A stretch of 59,358 nucleotides of DNA. It comes from a bacterium CG_4_10_14_0_2_um_filter_33_32. GTDB lineage: Bacteria; Patescibacteriota; CPR2_A; CG2-30-33-46. The notes under the pieces were generated by a model. It had not been told where the DNA came from, did no database searches, and saw only the letters and a program-made list of their open reading frames with translations. Positions 27,930 to 37,331 of this stretch are shown in pieces; position 1 is the first letter of the stretch; each line of letters opens with the position of its first letter. The DNA is taken from positions 1 to 59,358 of the forward strand of contig PFOW01000058.1 in the NCBI GenBank assembly GCA_002792735.1, written 5' to 3'. A program made the position numbers and the translations under genes.

Positions 27930-29663
27930 CTATTGGTTTAAGAGGTCTAATTTATTTCCTTTAACAATAATATCATTCACTTGGGCTAATTCTTTTGATC
28001 TATTAAAACCAGTCAAACATTTATTTACATCGATAGTTTCTTGACTTTTCCTATCATAACAAGTTCCGTTTTCGAATTTTCCGTCTAGTGATGGTTGATA
28101 AAAAAGATTTTTATCCATAAACGAATTATTTAAAGTATTATTTCTTCTCATCAATACAAAAGGGTTCTTTGTGTTAAACAAGTCTTGACCGAGAGTAGTT
28201 TTTGGTATGTTATAACCAAGCAAGTTTACAATTGTCGGGTAAACATCTATTTCACTTGCTGGTATATCTGATTCACCAATCAAAGAGTTATTAGGTAAAT
28301 GAATAATTGCTGGAATACGATGGATGGCAGCATGAGTTAGATAATTTTCTTTTTTCGCCCCAGGTATACCTAGCCAATCAAGAAAAGCCTTATTATCAAT
28401 TGCGTTTAATCCACCCTCATGATCACCGTAAATTAAAATTACACTGTTGTCGTATAAGTCTTCTTTTTTCAGTTTATCGATAAACTGTCCGAATGCTTTA
28501 TCAACATAATGTCCACTCTGCAAATAATCTGTAATTAATTTTCCAAATCTATTTTTGTCTATTTTCAATTCTTGTTTTTTTTCCGGCAGATTGAAAGGAT
28601 CATGTGAGGAAAGGGTGAGCATAAACGATAGGAATGGTTTTTTTTCTTTTTTCATATAATCTATTGATTGGCTAAAAAAATTTTCGTCTGGCAGTCCCCA
28701 TCCGATCCCGTCTGTAAATTTATAGTCATCAACGTTATAAAAACGATCAAATCCTAAATTAGGATAAATAACAGCTCTGTTCCAAAAACTTTTTTTGTAT
28801 CCGTGCATAGCAAATGTTCTATAGCCATTTTCTTTTAAGAGCCCCGGTAAGGCATGGTATTTATTTAACGGGTAATCAAAATAAGCAGATTTATCGTGTA
28901 AAAAATAAAGGGAATTTAAAGAGGTGAATTCAGCATCCGCAGTAGTCGAAGGGCCTACTTGATAGTAAAAATTAGTAAACCTAAAATTTTCTTCACTAAA
29001 CTTATTTAAATTGGGAGTAATCTCCTGACCATCGATAGAGCGTCCTAATAAAAAATCCTGAAAAGACTCTAACTGTATTATTATAACGTTTTTGTTTTTG
29101 GCAATCCCTTCAAGATTTTTTCCATCCTCAAAATTTCTATTTTTATTCCATTCTTTTACAAGGGATATTTCTTCTGGTGATGTGCCGTTTTTGGCAAAGA
29201 AATATTTTACGAAATCCTGTACTGCATAGTTTACCGCTCCGATTTTCTGGATAATCATAGAACCATCCATGGGTATAACTAAAAAATTGAGATTTTTTTC
29301 TTTCAGTATTACAAAAGATGAAAATATTAAACCAAAGATAATAGTTGTAATGAATAGGTATACTCTTGGCTTTAATGCAATCAAGATATCTTCTTTTTTT
29401 CTTTTAGCAAAAAAGAAGATGAGTAAAATTATCGGTAAGTCTATAAAAAATAAGGCCGTACGTACATTAATTAATCTTGCGACAATATTAGTTACTGGTG
29501 CTAATTGGTAGAAATATTTCAATGAAGAGAAAGAAAAAATGCCATTATTATAGTTATTATAAATATATTGGACCGCGAAAATAATTGAAGTGAAGGATGC
29601 AACAAATAATAAATATAATATACGACCCTTGCGTTTAAGTATAATTGCCGGCGAACAAAGCAA
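27930..29663 (-). CDS. LtaS-like sulfatase-family membrane enzyme (phosphoglycerol/LTA synthase-like)
   Basis: Multi-TM N-terminus plus an extracytoplasmic alkaline-phosphatase/sulfatase domain (IIIQLESFQ, TADAEF, YGDHEG). The frame stays open upstream to 29870; see findings. Confidence 0.8.
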   Translation of the reverse strand: MLCSPAIILKRKGRILYLLFVASFTSIIFAVQYIYNNYNNGIFSFSSLKYFYQLAPVTNIVARLINVRTALFFIDLPIILLIFFFAKRKKEDILIALKPRVYLFITTIIFGLIFSSFVILKEKNLNFLVIPMDGSMIIQKIGAVNYAVQDFVKYFFAKNGTSPEEISLVKEWNKNRNFEDGKNLEGIAKNKNVIIIQLESFQDFLLGRSIDGQEITPNLNKFSEENFRFTNFYYQVGPSTTADAEFTSLNSLYFLHDKSAYFDYPLNKYHALPGLLKENGYRTFAMHGYKKSFWNRAVIYPNLGFDRFYNVDDYKFTDGIGWGLPDENFFSQSIDYMKKEKKPFLSFMLTLSSHDPFNLPEKKQELKIDKNRFGKLITDYLQSGHYVDKAFGQFIDKLKKEDLYDNSVILIYGDHEGGLNAIDNKAFLDWLGIPGAKKENYLTHAAIHRIPAIIHLPNNSLIGESDIPASEIDVYPTIVNLLGYNIPKTTLGQDLFNTKNPFVLMRRNNTLNNSFMDKNLFYQPSLDGKFENGTCYDRKSQETIDVNKCLTGFNRSKELAQVNDIIVKGNKLDLLNQ

Positions 29664-29889
29664 CAGAAAGGTTCCAAGCGCTGTGATTGTTCTTTCTTTA
29701 AACCATAGATCAATAGTTAGTCCCGTCCATAAGTTAAAGATGTGGGTTTTTAAGATAAAGAAAAAAATAACTACTAGAATAAGATAGTATTCTTTTAGTA
29801 GGTTGAATATTTTTTTATAAGAAGATTTTATTATTTCTTTTAATTTTATGATCAGTAAGAACTGTAGATTTTATAATAGCAAGAATATT

Positions 29890-30291
29890 CTATTTATTAT
29901 CCTGCCAGAATTTAAGTAAATCCTCCTTAGGTTTGTAGCCGACTAATCTTTTGTCATTGAGTATAAAAGTTGGAGTTCCTTCAACACTATATTGAGATAG
30001 TAGATTACGATTTTCACCAACATCCATGTATTTAAATTTAACACCTTCTTTTTCTAACTCTTGGACAATCGGCTTTTCTTTTTGGCACCAGCTGCAATAG
30101 TTAGAATAGAAAAATAATATTACGCCTTTTTCAGATGCAGTAGTAGCAGGAGGCTTTTTTTGTTGTGTTTCTTCCTTGGTATCGCCGGAATTATTTTTAT
30201 TCCACTCTTTTGCATTAGAGAAAAATGCTAGCGTAATTGAAGCGGCTATAAAGATAATTAATAATACAATAATTCCTAAATATTTTTTCAT
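29890..30291 (-). CDS. Membrane-anchored thioredoxin-fold protein
   Basis: N-terminal signal anchor and thioredoxin fold with CSWC active site. Confidence 0.7.
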   Translation of the reverse strand: MKKYLGIIVLLIIFIAASITLAFFSNAKEWNKNNSGDTKEETQQKKPPATTASEKGVILFFYSNYCSWCQKEKPIVQELEKEGVKFKYMDVGENRNLLSQYSVEGTPTFILNDKRLVGYKPKEDLLKFWQDNK

Positions 30292-30306
30292 TTTTATATC
30301 TCCTTT

Positions 30307-33069
30307 TTAATGTTGGAACCCTTTTGTTTTATTTTTATCGCCCTTTATTATATTTTGCATATCTTTCCAGTTTTTGCCATAAGATATATCTACTCGAATA
30401 GGAACTTCTAGTTTAGGATACACTCCTTCCATGATTTTTTCCAGGAAAGACGCTACGGGTTCTATTTCATTATCAGGTATTTCAAACACCAATTCATCAT
30501 GGACCTGTAGAATCATTTTAGATTTTTGTGACAGTTCTGGCAACCTTTTTTCAATTTCTATCATTGCTATTTTAATGAAATCCGCAGCTGTTCCTTGCGC
30601 AGGGAAATTAATAGCCATACGCTCAGCCGCTGATCGGATTTGAAAATTAGAGGAATTTATTTCTGGTATATATCTTTTTCTTTTAAGTAATGTTTCTATG
30701 AAGCCTTTTTTTCTTGCTTCATCTGTAGTGTTGTTTATATATTCTAAGATGCCCGGATGTTTTAGATAGTATTTATTAATGTAATCTTGGGCTTCTTCTC
30801 TTGTCCACCCTAACTGTTCAGATAACCCATGTCCGCTTATACCATATACTATACCAAAGTTTACTGCCTTTGCGGCTCTCCGCATTTCATAGGTTACGTC
30901 ATTGAGTGGTATATCATTGACATCCGCAGCAGTTCTGGCATGAATATCTTCGTGTTTTTGAAATGCATCAATCATTTTTTTATCACCAGACAAATGAGCG
31001 ATTATCCTAAGTTCAATTTGGGAATAATCAGCAGAGATAAGCTTAAACCCTTCGTTAGCTATAAAGGCCTTTCTTATTTCTCTTCCTATTTCTGTTCTTA
31101 TGGGTATGTTTTGTAGATTAGGGTTTGATGAAGAAAGTCTCCCAGTTGATGTTATTGTTTGATTAAAACTTGTATGAACCCTTCCTGTTTTTGGATGAAT
31201 AAGATTGGGGAGTGTATCAATATAGGTATTTTTAAGTTTTACTAATTCTCTATATTCTAGAAGAATATTTATTACAGGGTGTGCATTTTTTAACTTTTCT
31301 AAAACAGGTGCTGCAGTTGAAAATCCCCCGGACTTAACTTTTTTTAATTCTTTTCTAACGATCGGATTTTCCGCTAGATCTAATTTTTCAAAAAGGATTT
31401 CTTTGAGTTGTTGGGGCGAGTTAATATTAAAATCATATCCTGATAATTTATGTATTTCATTTTTTAAATTGATTATCCTTTTTTCTAATTCCTTCGACAT
31501 TTTTTTAAGGAAATTAACATCTATTTTTACGCCGTTTTTTTCCATTTCAGCTAGAATCGATACTAAGGGTAGCTCAATATCCATGAAGAGGCTTAAGAGA
31601 TTTTCCGCTTTTAATAGTGGTTTAATTTTTTGATATAGCCTGAAAGTTATTACAGAATCTTCACAAGAATAAGTGGCTACTTTTTTTTCTGGCACCTCGC
31701 TTAAATTTTTTTGATTTTTACCTTTGCCGATTAAATCTTCTATAGATATTTTTTCATAATGAAGTTCAAGAAATGCAAGATCATCTAAATTAAATTTTCT
31801 ATCGCCTGGATGGAGCAAGTAATAACCAATCATAGTATCGAAAATGAAAGGGGACAAATTAATATTATAATTTTTAAGAATATTTAAATCGTATTTAAGG
31901 TTATGTCCTATTTTGCCGATGTTTTTTTCTTCGAGTACGGTTTTTAGCTCGCCTAAAAAATCCGTATTATTTTCATTTATAGGTATGTAAAAACCTTCAT
32001 TTTGGTCAAAACTTATTGATATTCCTATAAGCTTACCGTCTATCGAATCCAGTTTATCTGTCTCTGTGTCTACCACTATTTCGGTTTGTTTTTTAATATT
32101 ATTAATAAGTTTGATGAGTTCTGATTTTTCTCTTATTATGTTTACTTTAAAGTCTACGCTTTTCTTTTCATCATTATTCAATGATTTGGGTAGCTTAGGC
32201 AAAAGAGTTTTGAACTCAAATTTATTGAATATTTTTAATGCTTCTTCGCGCTTATAATTTACTAGTTCAGTTTTCTTTAAATCAAATTCAATTGGTATAT
32301 TAGTGACTATTTCTGCCAGTTTTTTACTCATTCTTGCTTTTTCTTCGTTTTCCTGCAGCTGTTGAAGCGTTTTAATTCTTACATCTTTAATCTCAGGATC
32401 ATCGTTGTTTATTTTTTTATATAGATTTTCAATATCGCCAAATTTTTTTATAAGATAAATTGCTGTTTTTTCACCAATTCCTGGCACACCGGGAATGTTA
32501 TCTGATGGGTCTCCTCTTAAAGCCTTGTAATCTACTACTTGTTTCGGAGTTAATCCTCCAAATTTTTCAGCAACCATTTTTTTATCGTATATAACAGTAT
32601 CAGTGAAACCTTTCCGCATGGTATAAACAACTGTATTATCTGAAACTAGCTGAACTTCGTCTAGATCTCCAGTGACAACTATCGCTTGGACACCTTCTTC
32701 TTTAGCTTTTTTTGCGATGGTGCCTATGATATCATCGGCTTCGTAGCCCGGTTTTTCGAATATTGGGATATTCATACTATTAATAACTTCTTTTACTTTT
32801 GGAAATTGTTCAACAAGTTCATCGGCAGCTTTTTGTCTTGTTGCCTTATATTCTTTGTATTCTTTATGTCTAAAGGTTGGTTCTGGGGTATCAAAGGCAA
32901 CAGCTACATGTTCCGGTTTTAATTCGTTAATCGCTTTCAAAAGAATTACAGAAAATCCGTAAACAGCACTAATCATTTCTCCTGTTTTTAAAGTTAGGGG
33001 AGGTAAAGCGTGAAATGCCCTGTGTATTAGGGCATTAGCATCAATAATTAATAGCTTTTCTTTTTTCAT
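30307..33069 (-). CDS. polA: DNA polymerase I
   Basis: 5'-3' exonuclease N-domain, 3'-5' exo-like domain and family A polymerase motifs (DYSQIELR, QVHDELVFE). 920 aa. Confidence 0.97.
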   Translation of the reverse strand: MKKEKLLIIDANALIHRAFHALPPLTLKTGEMISAVYGFSVILLKAINELKPEHVAVAFDTPEPTFRHKEYKEYKATRQKAADELVEQFPKVKEVINSMNIPIFEKPGYEADDIIGTIAKKAKEEGVQAIVVTGDLDEVQLVSDNTVVYTMRKGFTDTVIYDKKMVAEKFGGLTPKQVVDYKALRGDPSDNIPGVPGIGEKTAIYLIKKFGDIENLYKKINNDDPEIKDVRIKTLQQLQENEEKARMSKKLAEIVTNIPIEFDLKKTELVNYKREEALKIFNKFEFKTLLPKLPKSLNNDEKKSVDFKVNIIREKSELIKLINNIKKQTEIVVDTETDKLDSIDGKLIGISISFDQNEGFYIPINENNTDFLGELKTVLEEKNIGKIGHNLKYDLNILKNYNINLSPFIFDTMIGYYLLHPGDRKFNLDDLAFLELHYEKISIEDLIGKGKNQKNLSEVPEKKVATYSCEDSVITFRLYQKIKPLLKAENLLSLFMDIELPLVSILAEMEKNGVKIDVNFLKKMSKELEKRIINLKNEIHKLSGYDFNINSPQQLKEILFEKLDLAENPIVRKELKKVKSGGFSTAAPVLEKLKNAHPVINILLEYRELVKLKNTYIDTLPNLIHPKTGRVHTSFNQTITSTGRLSSSNPNLQNIPIRTEIGREIRKAFIANEGFKLISADYSQIELRIIAHLSGDKKMIDAFQKHEDIHARTAADVNDIPLNDVTYEMRRAAKAVNFGIVYGISGHGLSEQLGWTREEAQDYINKYYLKHPGILEYINNTTDEARKKGFIETLLKRKRYIPEINSSNFQIRSAAERMAINFPAQGTAADFIKIAMIEIEKRLPELSQKSKMILQVHDELVFEIPDNEIEPVASFLEKIMEGVYPKLEVPIRVDISYGKNWKDMQNIIKGDKNKTKGFQH

Positions 33070-33293
33070 TTTATCTTTTCGGATCCTTTTTATCGCTAAA
33101 ACTAGATCTAAATTTTATATATACATTTTAACCTAAAATCGAGGATAATTCTATTTACACCGTTATTAACTCTGAGGAAATATTTTCATTAGAAATAATG
33201 TTAGCTGTAAGGTGATATTATTATAAGAATTTAGTATTTTAAGAAAATATATCTTGAAGTTAATGCGGGGTTTGTTAAGAAAGGTTTCTAAAA

Positions 33294-33322
33294 TTGACTT
33301 TTTAGTTGGGGGGGGATAATAA
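33294..33322 (+). promoter_or_regulatory. Promoter candidate with G8 tract in the spacer
   Basis: TTGACT (33294-33299). G8 at 33308-33315. -10 candidates GATAAT (33315-33320, 15-nt spacer) or TAATAA (33317-33322, 17-nt spacer). Confidence 0.4.
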
Positions 33323-33347
33323 AGAAAATTAAAATGAAAGGTAAAAA

Positions 33348-33914
33348 ATGCAAAAAAGAACTTCCGTGATTATCCTTGGAGTACTTCTTTTAGTATTTGT
33401 TTTTACTTCCATCAAGGCAGTAGGTACTATCCCAAGTTCTTATAGTCAAGATGCTCGTGATCTTCTGAGTATGCTCTGGGGCAAGCTAGACCAGGTCATT
33501 ATCTCCAATTACAATGTCTCTATGGATTTGAGGTATCATGACCATCAAGGAAGCTTGGCTAATGGATCTTTCAAAACAAAAGGGTTACCGCTTGACGGCA
33601 GTAAAGCTCTTCAAGACTTCTCGGTTACAGAATCAAAATTAGCTACCGGGTCTGTAAATTCTAGAGTGCTGGATACTTGTCCAATAACAATTACCGTATC
33701 AGCTGGAACTAGTAGTGCTTTAGATGATCCATCTGATGATTGTTCTGATTTTGGAACATTGGGATATTATCAAATATTAGGATACTATCCTGCTGGCAAT
33801 CAAGATCAATTCGTTGATAGTATTGCAATTAATGCAGAACAAGTAGAAGTTAATCTGGCTGGCAATGCCGTAGCGGATAATGTTTTTACGGTTGTTCTTT
33901 TGGATATTTATTAA
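33348..33914 (+). CDS. Hypothetical secreted/anchored protein (orphan)
   Basis: N-terminal signal/anchor (SVIILGVLLLVFVFTSIKA). No recognisable family. Lys-poor and visibly more G+C-rich than neighbouring genes. Own promoter candidate and terminator. Confidence 0.6.
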   Translation: MQKRTSVIILGVLLLVFVFTSIKAVGTIPSSYSQDARDLLSMLWGKLDQVIISNYNVSMDLRYHDHQGSLANGSFKTKGLPLDGSKALQDFSVTESKLATGSVNSRVLDTCPITITVSAGTSSALDDPSDDCSDFGTLGYYQILGYYPAGNQDQFVDSIAINAEQVEVNLAGNAVADNVFTVVLLDIY

Positions 33915-33958
33915 TTATAAGCTAAAGTTTTTGAGCGAGTGATGTGTTATTTGTTTAC

Positions 33959-33986
33959 TAAAAAACTGCCTTTTGGCAGTTTTTTA
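33959..33986. terminator. Bidirectional rho-independent terminator
   Basis: A6, CTGCC (33966-33970), TTTT, GGCAG (33975-33979), T7. Confidence 0.7.
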
Positions 33987-34050
33987 AACCTGACTTTTTA
34001 AAGAGTGCTAGGACGAACCTAAGTTCCTTTCTTGCCAAGCCCCTAGCTTT

Positions 34051-34088
34051 AAAAATAAAAAAGCGGTATAAGCTTTTGTTTATACCGC
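34051..34088 (-). terminator. Rho-independent terminator of the accD/accA fusion gene
   Basis: On the minus strand, GCGGTATAA / TTATACCGC (34063-34071 with 34079-34088) followed by TTTTTTATTTTT. The stem includes the stop codon. Confidence 0.6.
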
Positions 34089-35807
34089 AGTGAATCTTTT
34101 TATTCTTTTTTGAATATCTTGTGTTGTTGGTATTTTGTTTGGAAGGTTGTATATTTTTTCTAATTCTTGTTTGATTGCTTCTTCTATATATTCTATCGCT
34201 TTTTCTGTATCCAGATGTGCGCCTCCTTCGGGCTCGTTAATAATTCCGTCTATATAATGTTTATCTAATAGTTGTTTCGAGGTAATTTCTGAATTATTTG
34301 CAGCAATCTCCAAACTATTTTTTTCGTCAGGATAAAGTATACTGGCTTTTGCTTCGCAGGCTGCGATAGCCGCATATGCATATTTTTGCATAAGAATTTT
34401 ATCTGCACATGCTAGAGCAATATAACCACCACTGCCGCCTTCCCCGATATTTATAGCTACAGTCCAAGTCTTTAAATTCAAAATTGTTTTCATCGTTTCA
34501 TTGAGTTCATAGGCAATATTTCCTCGCTCAGATACAGGATCCATTCTTGCTCCAGAAGTATCCAGTATAAACACAACCGGCAATTTAGCTTTTTCGGCAA
34601 ATCTTATGATTCTTCTTGCTTTTCTATATTCAGTCGGGCCTGGCATGCCATTATTATAGAAAATCTTTTGGCCAGAGAATAAAGCATCCCCTTTTTCAAT
34701 AAATTTGCCTTTTTCTATGCCTATTACTATGAGTGGTTTTTTATCAATAAGGGCCAGCCCTGCTATTATCGTTGGTCCATCGCCAGATATTCTGTCTCCT
34801 TTTAACTCAACAAATTGATCAAAGATTTTAAGATAATCAATACAGGTGGGTCTTTTGTAGTGCTTAGCTATTCCTAGGATGTTAAACGCATTCATATAGT
34901 TGTTGTTAATTTCTGTTTTTATCGCGCTATGATTAGATATTTTTGCTCCTATTGCTATATCAGGCGGTTGGAATTTAATCTTTTGGCACTCAGAATAATT
35001 TTTCGAATCAAGACAGTTTAAGATATTAAGCAATATTGTTTTGATATCTTTTCTTTCGGCTATCATATCAACCTTACCGGATTTTAATGCTTCTTCTTCT
35101 GTTTGGAACTTGTCAGGTATAGGAATACTTTTTTTTATTATATTTTTTCCGGTAAATCCGAAGATTGATTCTTTTTCCGCAATGATTATATCTCCTTGAA
35201 CAAAACTGACTGAAGTCCCACCTAAAACTGTTCCCGAAAGGATACTGATATAAGGCATATTTAATTCTGAAAGGTAGTAAGTTATTTTTGGCATCTGATA
35301 AAGCGATTCTATATCGAGATACATATTCATTCCATAAGAAGTCCATATGCTAATAAGGGGTAGCTTGTTATTTTTTGCAATCTGGATAGCTCTGGCAAAC
35401 TTCTCTCCTTCAACAGGTCCTATCGTTCCATTAAAGAAATCAAAGTTAAGAATGGTTAATACAACTGGATGATAATCTATGTTGGTACGCATCGTAATTA
35501 AGCCATCTTTAAATCCTGATTTTTTTTTGCTTTCATGTAACTTTTTCTTAAAGCGTGGGTGTTTTGAATGGAGTTCATCTTTTATTTCTTTGTGATGTAT
35601 TATTTGTTTTACTGATATCTTACCTGTTAAATAATAAATCCAGTCCATTGCTGTAAAAGGTAGATAACAGTTACAATGAGGGCATACTTTTAAATTTTCC
35701 GCTAAATCGCTTGTTCTATGGCAGTTAGGGCATTCTTTGGATTTTAAATACTTATCATAGTAATGTTTAATCGGTAATTTAAAATAACCTATCGATCTAT
35801 CAGGCAT
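34080..35807 (-). CDS. Acetyl-CoA carboxylase carboxyltransferase, fused beta (AccD-like) and alpha (AccA-like) halves
   Basis: N-terminal AccD zinc ribbon CPNC...CPHCNC, a crotonase-like CT beta half, then a CT alpha half (GEGGSGGYIALACADKILM). Confidence 0.8.
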   Translation of the reverse strand: MPDRSIGYFKLPIKHYYDKYLKSKECPNCHRTSDLAENLKVCPHCNCYLPFTAMDWIYYLTGKISVKQIIHHKEIKDELHSKHPRFKKKLHESKKKSGFKDGLITMRTNIDYHPVVLTILNFDFFNGTIGPVEGEKFARAIQIAKNNKLPLISIWTSYGMNMYLDIESLYQMPKITYYLSELNMPYISILSGTVLGGTSVSFVQGDIIIAEKESIFGFTGKNIIKKSIPIPDKFQTEEEALKSGKVDMIAERKDIKTILLNILNCLDSKNYSECQKIKFQPPDIAIGAKISNHSAIKTEINNNYMNAFNILGIAKHYKRPTCIDYLKIFDQFVELKGDRISGDGPTIIAGLALIDKKPLIVIGIEKGKFIEKGDALFSGQKIFYNNGMPGPTEYRKARRIIRFAEKAKLPVVFILDTSGARMDPVSERGNIAYELNETMKTILNLKTWTVAINIGEGGSGGYIALACADKILMQKYAYAAIAACEAKASILYPDEKNSLEIAANNSEITSKQLLDKHYIDGIINEPEGGAHLDTEKAIEYIEEAIKQELEKIYNLPNKIPTTQDIQKRIKRFTAV

Positions 35808-35880
35808 TACAAACCAACTCCTAATTTGTTAAAGAACTAGTTAGAAGTTTTAATATATCACGAGTAAGGCAAGAGTCAAA

Positions 35881-36018
35881 TTATTTTAAGAAGGCTAACG
35901 CAAGACCTGCTACTAGTGCCATAATAGCAAGACAAATTAAAATAGCCGCGTTTGTTGTAACTTGAAGCTTAAGCTTCTCACATATTTTGTTTTCTTGTTC
36001 TTTTATTCTATCTTTCAT
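35881..36018 (-). CDS. Possible 45-aa tail-anchored membrane peptide
   Basis: MKDRIKEQENKICEKLKLQVTTNAAILICLAIMALVAGLALAFLK. ATG start, no clear SD. Lies upstream of accD/accA on the same strand. Speculative. Confidence 0.25.
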   Translation of the reverse strand: MKDRIKEQENKICEKLKLQVTTNAAILICLAIMALVAGLALAFLK

Positions 36019-36064
36019 AAAAATGAAAATTTACATTCTTTAAAAGAAATTATAACATAACGAT

Positions 36065-37126
36065 ATGAGAATATTAGGAATTGAAACAAGTTGTGATGAT
36101 ACTTCAAGCGCTGTCATTGAGGCTCAAAAAGAGAAGATAAAATCTTTATCTAGCATTGTTTCTTCACAAAATAAGCTTCATGAGATATATGGTGGTATAG
36201 TTCCAGAAGTGGCCTCTCGCGCCCATATAGAGACTATTATTCCAGCCATTAAAGAATCGTTAAAAAGATCCAAGTCTTCTTTGAAGAATATAGATTTGAT
36301 CTCGGTAACCCGTGGTCCTGGTTTGGTTGGATCTTTATTAATTGGCATAAATACTGCAAAGACGATATCCTTTGTTAATAATTTGCCAATAGTATGCGTA
36401 AATCATCTAGAAGGGCATATCTATGCTAATTTTGTTGACCAAAAAGAGAGAATAGAGTTTCCGTTGATTGTACTTATAGTATCCGGCGGTCATACAATGT
36501 TGGTTTATATGAAAGACCATTTGAAATATAAGATATTAGGACAAACTAAAGATGATGCTGCAGGGGAAGCTTTTGATAAAGTTGCCAGGGCATTGGGCTT
36601 GGGTTATCCTGGGGGGGCAATAATAGAGAAAATATCGAAAGAAGGTGATCCTGAAAAATTTAAGTTTCCAAAAGCAGAAATGGAAAGCAAAATCATTAGA
36701 TTAGAAAGCGGCTATCTTAAAAAATTGCCACCTAATTTAGATTTTAGTTTTTCTGGCTTGAAAACAGCGGTTATAAATGAAGTTAGGAAACATAAAACAA
36801 AGAATAAAAGTTTTATTGCAGATATTGTTGCAAGTTTTCAGAAAACATCTGTTGATATTTTAGTAGCAAAAACAATTTGGGCAGCAGAAAGAAAAAAGGT
36901 AAAAACGGTTTTAATATCCGGAGGAGTTGCGGCCAATGCTATATTAAGAAAAGAATTGCAAAAAAAGTGTCAAATTCAAGGTTTTAATTTTTTTGCGCCT
37001 CCTAAAAATCTTTGTACTGATAATGCGGCAATGATTGCGGCTGCCGGATATTTCAAATATAAAAATAAAGGTCCCGATCTATTAGAAAAAATAAAAGTTA
37101 ATCCAAATTTAAAGCTCGGTAAATAA
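36065..37126 (+). CDS. tsaD: tRNA N6-adenosine threonylcarbamoyltransferase TsaD
   Basis: Kae1/TsaD motifs (ILGIETSCDDTS, HLEGHI, SGGHT, SGGVAAN). Confidence 0.93.
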   Translation: MRILGIETSCDDTSSAVIEAQKEKIKSLSSIVSSQNKLHEIYGGIVPEVASRAHIETIIPAIKESLKRSKSSLKNIDLISVTRGPGLVGSLLIGINTAKTISFVNNLPIVCVNHLEGHIYANFVDQKERIEFPLIVLIVSGGHTMLVYMKDHLKYKILGQTKDDAAGEAFDKVARALGLGYPGGAIIEKISKEGDPEKFKFPKAEMESKIIRLESGYLKKLPPNLDFSFSGLKTAVINEVRKHKTKNKSFIADIVASFQKTSVDILVAKTIWAAERKKVKTVLISGGVAANAILRKELQKKCQIQGFNFFAPPKNLCTDNAAMIAAAGYFKYKNKGPDLLEKIKVNPNLKLGK

Positions 37127-37145
37127 AAGCAAATTTAATCTTTTA

Positions 37146-37174
37146 TTGACCTTATTTTGAACAAGGTTTAAAAT
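37146..37174 (+). promoter_or_regulatory. Sigma70-like promoter of the T-box leader
   Basis: TTGACC (37146-37151), 17-nt spacer, TAAAAT (37169-37174). Confidence 0.5.
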
Positions 37175-37182
37175 ATAATTAA

Positions 37183-37331
37183 ATCGATAAAGCGATGAAG
37201 GAGACTAACTAACTCCAGAGCTTCGGCTGGTTCGGCCGTTATCGAATCAAAAGAGCGCTCTGATGTATATCAGAGAAATTGGGTGGAACCGCCCACAAGG
37301 GTCCCAATGCGTATAGCATTGGATTTTTTAT
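37183..37331 (+). promoter_or_regulatory. T-box riboswitch leader (transcriptional; probable Thr specifier ACU)
   Basis: T-box sequence AAATTGGGTGGAACCGCC (37276-37293). Antiterminator ATTGGG/CCCAAT plus GCCC/GGGT around the 7-nt bulge TGGAACC. Competing terminator CCAATGC (37304-37310) / GCATTGG (37316-37322) plus T6. Stem III CTCTGAT/ATCAGAG (37258-37275). K-turn AGC-GAU-GA...GA-GCU with 9-nt loop ACUAACUAA (37204-37212). Confidence 0.85.

Noticed and set aside
33334-33369. 11-codon upstream mini-ORF (ATG 33334) overlapping the start of the orphan secreted protein
   Set aside because: It has no SD, is very short and out of frame. It is most simply a chance ATG in an A-rich leader.
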